Source: Adineta vaga
Lineage: Eukaryota; Animalia; Rotifera
Length of the DNA: 64,000 bases
Reading direction: 5' to 3'
Assembly: GCA_021613535.1 (NCBI GenBank)
Contig: CP075497.1
Span: forward strand, 3,596,001-3,660,000
Of the stretch, positions 53,775-64,000 are shown piece after piece; the first letter of the stretch is position 1; each line of letters starts with the position of its first letter. Under the pieces are notes generated by a model. The model saw only the letters and a list, made by a program, of their open reading frames with translations. It did not search any database and had not been told where the DNA came from. The position numbers and the translations under genes are program-made.

Positions 53775-53849
53775 TCAGTTGAATTCATTTTCATTGCGCC
53801 AAATCAACTAGTTATTTATTCTCATTATTTACTTCGTATTCAACGATAA

Positions 53850-55073
<1,224 letters not shown>

Positions 55074-56076
55074 ATGTTCAATAGGGCATCCAGGGCAATC
55101 GATTTTATCGACATTTCTTTTTTCATTATTGTACACTGTATAATGCAGTTAGTTCCGATATTCTACTGAACGGAGTGTTTTCTTTTTCTTTGTATTACTT
55201 ATTTAACCAACATAGCCATTCAATGCATTGTTGTATCTACTCATTTATTGAACAAAGTGCATAAATAAAATGATTTGTCGATATATTAAATCCATAATAG
55301 TTTATTCGATAATATACAAGCTAATAACTGAATGAACAAAATCCAACATAATCACATGTATTTCAGTTTTACCATTGAAAGTCAACAGGAGTGTGGAAAT
55401 ATGAGTCTTTTTTCGAGAAACTGGAAATGCTTAAATTGAAATAAAACAATTGAGTTATACGTATTTTTCTAGAATAATGAAAATGTAATAATTATTAACA
55501 AGTCTTATTCAGTGGAAAACATAGGTATGATACAAGATATTTTATCGTATAGACATAATGAACCCATCTTATGTAATGCTATCGCCTATCACTAATAGAT
55601 TCAAATCTTTTTTTGACAATAATCAGCATTTATTTCTTTAATTTCATCTTATTGCTTTGTAAATAATATCCTCCAGATTTATTAATCGCTAGAGCTGGTA
55701 ATCTTGATGGTTATGAACTAATTAGTGATTATCGGTATTATTTATTCGATGATGGTTGAAAAGGTCATTCATTCGTTTCTAAATGATCAATATTTTATAA
55801 TTGTCTTATGAGTTATACCTTTACTTAAACACATATTGTGACCTTTATCAATAAATAAACATTTTATATACTATTATATTTGAGTATTGTATATATTCTA
55901 GAAACATCTAAGTAGCGTTGATTGTCTATAACGTACTTATAAAAAGTGTACTGAATCATTTTCAACTATTTATTTCTAATAATGAAATGCCAGGCTATTT
56001 ATATAAATTAGAACGTAAAATAGATGTTTTTATATACTTAACAAGTTTTGCAATAATGTTGATCAATTTCTTTCAT

Positions 56077-56277
56077 TTATTTTGCAGGTACACATTGTAT
56101 TTTACTCGTTGTTTCATTTAATCGATCTTTGAAAGTGAATGCTTTCGGTGCCATCATTTGCATTAGAAGAACAATACTTTTCTCTGGTGTCTTTGGTTTT
56201 CTTTCATGTTGACGTAATTTAAATAAATTGAACAATTCATTTTCTTCGTCGTTCGATACCGATACTTTTTGACCCAT
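56077..56277 (-). CDS. Candidate 66-aa microprotein beginning MGQKVS
   Basis: ATG in an A-rich context (AATAACAATGG), less AT-extreme than its flanks, with an MGxxxS myristoylation-type start. No homology recognised. Confidence 0.35.
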   Translation of the reverse strand: MGQKVSVSNDEENELFNLFKLRQHERKPKTPEKSIVLLMQMMAPKAFTFKDRLNETTSKIQCVPAK

Positions 56278-56515
56278 TGTTATTTTTGTTCTTGACGTCA
56301 CTTCGATTGATTACGTATGAAATACAATTGTTTCTATACGTTATTCAGATTTCTACTTTTATATATACAAATGTGTATATGTCGACATTAAATATACACG
56401 TGGGAATTATCATGCGTATCATTGATAAACATCATTAGATCAGTGCAAATGCAACAATAGTTTCCTTTATATATATTTATTGATAGTAACAATGAAAAAA
56501 AAGTCACTTTTCGTT

Positions 56516-59147
56516 CTATATCCTTCGATAAAAAAGAACATAAGCATCAGCTTCGAGCACCTTGCTTTCGGGAACTTTATGTATTGTATTATCACTGATA
56601 TGATACCACGCAGGTGGTGGAGATGATGGATCGATTTCTTTTGTACTATTAGTGGTTTGGCATTGATCGACTGTTGTTGAAGTTTTAAATAAATCTGCTA
56701 AAAGATAATCAATAGGTTTCGAATAATATTTAGTTAATAAATCTGTATCAGTTGTTGAATGTTTGATATATGCTGTATAATGTCCACTGCGGAGTGTACC
56801 GGAATGTTCAACGACAGCATACAATGAATATTGAAATGTTGCTGATGTTATTTGAGTTGAGCACCGGTTAGTTAGATCAAATTGAAGAGGAAATTCAATA
56901 AATTTATTGATTTTTTCACTATGTGAACCATACTAGAAAGAAGATACGTAGAATTATTCAATAGAAAATATTTACAAACCATTTGAAATCGTTTGAGAAA
57001 TAATGGTAAAACAGGTGGAAGTTGGAAGAATACTGTTTGACGAACTGCTTCTGTTAATACTTTTTCTAAATGAACTTTTTTTAATTAAAATCAAAATTAT
57101 TCTTAATCTATCTTACTTTGTGTTCGATCAAGTGATCGACAATAATAACAGTCGAATGAATTCTCTCCAGAAAGAGTTTCTGATTTAAAATATCTTTGAA
57201 AACACTGTTCTAACGTTCTAATATCATCTGTTTCACTTGTTGCTACTGATTCTTTAACTGTTTTAGGACAATTTAAAAATTTTTGCGAAAGATTTTCATC
57301 AACAAATGGTAATGGACGCGAAGTTGTTTCATGAATTAATGTCAGTTTTGAAACCATATCAGCAAGCATACAGGTTGATTCCACTGTTGTTAAAGGTTTC
57401 TCAGTTTCGTCATCTTCTTCTTCATCGTCCTTGTCGTCGTCGTCGTTGTCATTTTCATTTTCACCTTTTTCGGCTTCATTTTCTTCAACAGCTGTTGTTT
57501 CATCTTTATCTTCATTAAGCATATCAGTTTTGACATCATCTGGTTCTTTTGAAAATAATGAAATCAAACAAGAATGATCAAAACTATTACTGATAGTTCT
57601 TACTAGTTTCATTGTCTACATTTGTAACAACTGTTTCATCAGTGGGTGGCAAAGACGGTGAGTCTTCAAGTGGTAACTGTTCTTCTACTTGTTTCTTAGT
57701 TGCTTGTCGTCCTTTAATTTTACCAGTTCCTGCACTTCGTCTGCTCTATAATATGAATAGATTTTGAATGAGAAAAAAAACTAAAATGTCATTGAGAAAT
57801 TCCTTTACGTTTTTCTTCTCTTGTTTTTGCAATGCTTTTTGTTGTTTTCGAGATAAAATTTTGGTATCTTTCTTTGATTTATTTCCCGCATAATCTTCAC
57901 GTTTTCTTCGATTACGATAATTTTCACCTGGTGTCATCTATTAAAGAATGAAATCAGTTTACTAAACATTCATTTTCATAAATTTACTCGATCAGTCAAT
58001 GGTAATAATAAACCAAGAAACGGTTCAAGTTTCATTAAAGACTAAAATAAATAATGAAATATTTTTCTTGAAGAGAATTATCTATTAACCTTTCCACATT
58101 TTGTACACGTAATTACATCAAGTAAATGACCACCAAATACTGAATCATATGTTGTATAGGGTTCATTGCATCCGATTACTAGAAATTCACGAAATATATC
58201 TTTTGAATTATCAACGATTCCTACTTACAACAGAACATTTTCGATGGATCATCATCATTGTTCTCTGAATGAACAGATGATTTTGATTCAAGTTTTCTCA
58301 ACTAAAACAAGTAACATAATATGAAATGTTGCATTTAATATTCGAATATACTTGAGTTTCTTCTGCACGTAAGATTGACATTAAATTCATAAATAATTCA
58401 TGACTATCATGTTGATCATATCCTTTATAAGCTGGTATTCTAAATAGAATCGATGAATCACAAATACTTCTCAAATTAAATCTTATTCTACTTTTGTATC
58501 AGACTATTAAATAATGGTTTTGGATCAATACTTGGTTTTTTTCGATCATTTGAAAAGAATTCATCGAAAATATTTAATAATTGAGCAGTTGTTGTCGATG
58601 AATATTTCTTTCCATTTTCTTTCATGATAAGAAATATTGTTTGATACATTGTATCCGTCAATAAAGATGTATGAGCAAGTGACTTGAAAAGAAAATTAAA
58701 TTCAAATTAAATGAATTGAAAATTCGTCTTGAAATACCAACTTGAATAATGACATTGAAAAAACAAGTATTACCAATGTTATAAAGACCTTTAATTAATG
58801 ATTTTCGTTTGAAATTTCCTTCAGATTCATCTTGTTGTTCAGATTGAATGACTTTTAGTGAATCTGTTGAAGTTATAATACTACTTCCATGACCAGAATC
58901 AGTATCTGATGCTAAATAGAAAATATAGTAGAGCATCTTCCTAAATTGAAATCACTCAGTTACATGTTTCAATTGATTTTTCATTAATTATTCGCTCATC
59001 ATCTTGTTGTTTTCCTAATCTCTGTTCGGCAAGTTTCTTTTCACTTTCTTCTTCAAGTTCTTGTTTTAATAACTGTGTATCTTGTTCACGTTCTTCTAAG
59101 TCACGAGCTCGTTTTTCTCGTCGACGATCTTTATAACCTTTACCCAT
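56516..59147 (-). CDS. Ubiquitin-specific protease, USP16/USP45-like, multi-exon
   Basis: Cys box GLYNIGNTCFFNVIIQ, YDQHDSHELF, SVFGGHL...CTKC, ETLSGENSFDCYYC, LKRF, His box YAVVEHSGTLRSGHYTAYIK, and WYHISD...VPESKVLEADAYVLFYRRI. Confidence 0.88.
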
Positions 59148-59435
59148 CGAAGTTTTAATGAATAAATTGCTAATAAAAAGTGATTTTTATACTTTCGTAA
59201 TCTTACTCAATTAAATCGGTAATACTCGATATCCAATAGAAATCTAATCAGATATACTGACATCTACATAAGAAGATTCATTCGTTAGAGTTTTGACAAA
59301 TCAATCATCTTAGTTACCTACTTCAATTTGTTTATTATCATTCTACTCGATTACATTCGAACAATTACAAACAAACTCACATGTACATAATTTTGATGAG
59401 TAAACGATTGCAAAGACGTATATAGTAAATAAAAT

Positions 59436-62400
59436 ATGCGTACTTCACTATCAAACGTAGAAAATATACATGATCAGTCGAGAACACCCAATCATGAGAA
59501 ACCTTTACGAGAAATTCCTCGTCGATCTCAAAAAGTATTTGATTTAACTGATGCTAAAACATTAAAAGTAATCAAAAATAATCTTTGTAATGTGATTTTG
59601 ATGTCTAAAGCAATCTTTTTTTTTGTTATTCATTTTATAGAATGAAATTGATCAATCTTTCAAAACGACAGTTGGAAAATTAACGATTTTTGATCAACGT
59701 GATGAAATAGCTGGTAAAAAAAAACATTTAGAAAATAATGTCTTTATTTAAAGTTCAATGTAATATTTAATAATTAGAATCTATTCAATCACTTGCAACA
59801 CGACTTCAACCTGCACGACCAATTACTCCTCCTGATGTGAGTAGTTTATGTTATTTTTGATTAAAGAATGCGATTAAAACATCAACACGAAGAAGACAGT
59901 GACTACACTATCATCTGCGATCCTTTATAAAGTTTCGCTTTTGTTTAAAATGAGTAAAGAACTATGTGTCATGAGATGTTGAGTAGGTCGAAAAGTTCCT
60001 ATCTTCACAGATCAAATTAAGTATCACTCTAGAATGTCTTATGCATTGTACGTAAATAATATGTCTATCTAACTATTTATAGAAAAATTAAGAGGCATTC
60101 TTGAGTGCGACTTTTTTTGATAAGTTCTAATTGATGTATTGCATGCTTGGATAATGTTATAAAGGAAAGAATCTTCAAGATAAAGAGTTCAACTAAAGAC
60201 ATCTGGTTGGTTTTGACACATTTCCTATATAAATTCTTTGCATTACACAAGGGATTACAACGAGAATGAATCCTATCAATGTTGTTGTTGTTGTTGTTAT
60301 TGAATTCATTGAATACTAATACTTATTAACCTCCAAAGACATATGATATTTATCAAGTTGTCTTGTTTTCGACTATAACCATCATTTGAATAAAATTTAC
60401 CATATGGTTTCGTGTCTCGTTACTAATACAAGAAGAAAGTTAAGAAGTTATTAGAAAACCTACAAATAATTTCCGGCAGATGATTGACTTTGAAATGAGA
60501 TAAATGAAGGTTTTTTTCTTCGTTCTACAATCAACGCGTCTATCAGAATCCTAATTTTCAGGAAGAAAAACACATTTTTCTATCAATTCTTTTGAGATTA
60601 TAAAGTTATTTTTTTAATAACACAGGAAGAAGTAACAAATGATACAGTTCCACGTGATGTTGAACAATTATTAGCTATGGTTCGACGTCGTCTTGACATC
60701 CGACAGATTCCATTAGATACAACTCGCTTAACATCCGATGATTTATCTCAACTAGCATCCGTTATTTTGTCTCAAATGCGTTCGAAATGGCTTGATATTG
60801 AAGATATATGCGTTCAACATCCATTATTAACACCAAAACGAAATCATGAATTAGTTCGTCGTGTATTTGTCAATGTTGTTTTAATTTGTACAAATATTTT
60901 TGAGCATACTATTCAAGAAGCACAAGTTTTTCATGATCGATATGTCTTTTCACATGCAGCTAATATGACTCGATTACGAACATTACTTGCCGATAAAATC
61001 AATGCCTTGTAAGTACAACGGAAAATATAGATTTTTCTTTGAATTAGTATTGAATTCGAATAGAATAAATATTCATTCGTTACGTGAACATCTTGCTGCA
61101 GAAATGATTGAAGAAGAACGATTAAAAAAGCATTTAATATTTGAAGAATCAACTACGAAAAATCCTCGAAAACGTTTAAATAAATCGACTATTCTATCAC
61201 AACATCGACCAGATATTCGCGATGTGGTAACTAAATTCATTCTATTATCTATAGCCTCTTCTACAAAGACACATTTAGATTGAACATGCAGGTAAAAGTT
61301 ATAGATATATACCACCTAATTCGAATTATGATTCAAAACGATATCTTCGTCAAGTAATTGATTTCATTTCTCATTTTCAATCTTTTTCTCATTTGTCTTT
61401 CCGATAGATGATGGCAAGTATGCCGGATATTCCTCATTCACGTCGTCTACCTAATCTTCTACCACCAATGAATAGAGATGTAGATTCACCAAGATCATCA
61501 ATAGATTCCTTTACTCCAACAAAAACTACTAGACTAATATCAGCTGAAAAATTGAGTGAATCTTCGTTAGAAAAACGACAAGAAAAAGATCATATTCACA
61601 GGTATTTCATTTGTTATTATCTTATAAAATTATAACTTCTTATTGATAGAATTCTAAGACGTAAACAATATGGTTCATTACCTAATATTCATGAAAAATT
61701 TCTGTCCGAAGAATTTGATTTTAATTTTGATAATATCAAAACATATAAATACAAAACAACAGATCTGATGCGTGAACAATATTGTGTAGTTGAAAGACAG
61801 GTAACTGACAATTCTAATCTTTCATATATTTCTTCTTCATATCTACTCTATCATTCGTAGAACGAAGATCTCGAACCAGCAAAACCAATTTCAAATCGAG
61901 ATGATCTAATGCGATTATCAATACGAGTAACAACTGATGAAGATGATGCAGCTGATGCAATTCCACCGTTAATTAAAGTTAGTTTTTCGGGTATATTCTA
62001 AATTGTTTTAGTTGATAACAAGTCTTTGGAAATAGGTTCTAACATCATCACCCAATACTCAACAACGTATCAATGAATGTAAACAGACAGTTTTAGCTGT
62101 AGCAAAAAGACGAAAAGATTTTCTTGATGAAATCAAGTAAAGAATTAATTACCATTGAATTCAATTATAATTTATTATTTATTCGCTAGAGAAAATGCTC
62201 GAGATGAACCATTGTATCCTCAACCAGCTTCAATTGAAAAAGCATTTCAAAATGTAAAAAAAAACCAACCATTGTTTTCAACTTGAAAACTATTTCAATT
62301 TATTCTTTTTAGTTAACATTTCGAATATCTGATATAACATTAGCAAATTTTCTATTTCAATCTTCATTTCTTCTCACAAATTTTACTACGATATTCAATA

Positions 62401-64000
62401 ACTATTTTGGTGATATTGATGATGATACAGTTGCATATCTTGATCGAAATCTTCATATTGGACAACAAGTGAAAGAAGTTTATGAACAATTATTAACAAC
62501 TATCGATACAGATCATTGTTTTAAATTAGATATGGTAGGTAAAAATATGACGAATATCTTCCATACAGATTTGGTTGAGAACATATGCAACGATCGTAAA
62601 CATTGAATAAATCGTAAAAACTATAGTTATCTGTTTTATGCAAATCTCACGAGGATTCTTTGGTTTTCTGAGCTGATTTATGTCACGACATTAGAAAGAG
62701 AACCTGTGACCTCGTGTTTGATTGGAGGAAAAATGAATAATTGTAATAAAAACTATCGTTCTATTTATTTTGATCTAGGATAAATATGTTATCCAATGTC
62801 CTGATCGTCTTGATTTACGATCTTCTCAAGCATCAACAACATTGACGAAACCTTTTATTCAACAGATTAATAATAGATCTCTTGCTAAACGTTATGAACC
62901 ACCTTGGAAAGAATTCGATAATAATCGTCAACGTTGGATTCAAACACCTGATCCACGTCGTATCGAAGAGGAAGCGGAAGCAAAAAAGAAGCGTAATCTT
63001 AAAAATAGAAATAAAGGTTTACCTGAACCAACAGTAAACATGAGTCTTATACCTGATCCACAACTAATTACTTCATATAAACCTCGTAATCCTCGTCAAA
63101 CACGAGATTTTCAACTATGGAAAGATTATTGGTCACATGTTTATACAGAAAATGACTATTTGAAGTATTTATGTACGCAATCAACAGATTATCTTCATCA
63201 TGTATTTCATTTACATGATAAATTACCTGAAGATAATCGTCTTAGTGAAGAAGATCAAGCATTACTTGATGAACGTAATCGTGCCTTAAAAGAACGTGAA
63301 GAAAAGATTGCACAATTAAAAGAACGAAAAAATAAATTTGAACAAGGTATTTGGAATGCAGAAAGTGTTTTTCTCGGTGGTCTTGGATATGAACCGACAT
63401 TGAATCCTGTCGATGATCCAATTGTACGATTTGAACAAGATTTAGAAAATCGTAAACCAAAATCAAAACGTATTGATCTATTCGATCCGACTGCTCATGA
63501 AAAAGCTCTGTCTAACAAACGTTTATTAACAACAATTATGGATAATGTTAAAAATATCAATGCACAAAAACGTTTGGAACAAATTTGGAAATTAGTTAAA
63601 ATGACTGATCATGATCGTTTACATATGGCTGTTAAATATAGTACTCTTGAATATGAAACAAAAGTCGAAGCGGTATGAAGAAAATGAAAATGTTTTCTAT
63701 GAGAAAATTTTGTTTTAATTAGGCATTAGAAGCTTGGGAAGCAATTGCACAATTAATCCTTCGTCGAGAGAAGTTTATAGTTGATCTGGAAAATTTTGAA
63801 CGAACAGCGTCGGATGCCAATCGATTTTTCGAATCAGGTATGAGTATTTTTTTTTCTTGATAAAATCAGACAAAAGATTTTATTCATCTTCTATAGGTCC
63901 TATGGGTGGTTCGAAAATGCGTTTAAGCGAATCTCGTCGTCGAACTTATCTCTATAATCAATTGTCTATACTCGAAAAACAGATAACTGAACAGTTCAAT
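59436..64000 (+). CDS. CCDC87: CCDC87-like coiled-coil protein (runs off the window edge)
   Basis: DYLKYLCTQSTDYLHHVFHL, GIWNAESVFLGGLG, QKRLEQIWKLVKMTDHDRLHMAVKYS, AWEAIAQLILRREKFIVDLENFERTASDANRFF. These recall the conserved CCDC87 C-terminal region. Confidence 0.7.

Noticed and set aside
53611-53811. 66-aa ORF with an internal 19-aa repeat
   Set aside because: It is only the translation of the 57-bp promoter duplication and starts at TTG.

Overview
AT-rich, gene-dense eukaryotic (metazoan) DNA with many very short GT-AG introns (about 50-60 nt). The compact style, plus a fungal-like and a bacterial-like gene among animal genes, suggests a bdelloid rotifer; this is an inference. About 24 protein-coding genes, in order: divergent intermediate-filament-like protein (partial), STARD7-like, SLC27/FATP, Arkadia-type RING E3, mitochondrial EF-G1, fungal-type aldo-keto reductase, ER alpha-1,2-mannosidase, GCLM, PKA RII subunit, C2HC zinc-finger protein, an orphan, a YTHDC2/Bgcn-like degenerate helicase, HAUS1-like, MATH-BTB, DNAJC9, an orphan, a calmodulin-like protein, an orphan, a bacterial-type PhyH dioxygenase, prolyl 4-hydroxylase alpha, polyubiquitin, a small ORF, USP16/45-like and CCDC87-like (partial). 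Main points of interest: (1) an operon-like run MATH-BTB > HAUS1-like > YTHDC2-like, where both junctions show AATAAA about 30-40 nt ahead of an apparently unpaired splice acceptor, suggesting SL trans-spliced polycistronic transcription; (2) the YTH-less, probably ATPase-dead helicase, with candidate 10-nt cassette microexons; (3) two 71-nt mutually exclusive exons in P4HA at the same position as in vertebrate P4HA1; (4) a 6-nt microexon inside an EF-hand loop; (5) two horizontal-transfer candidates, one with introns and one without; (6) an exact 57-bp duplication of the polyubiquitin core promoter. No rRNA, tRNA, CRISPR array or clear transposon was seen. Exon boundaries were read by eye and family assignments come from remembered motifs, not database searches.
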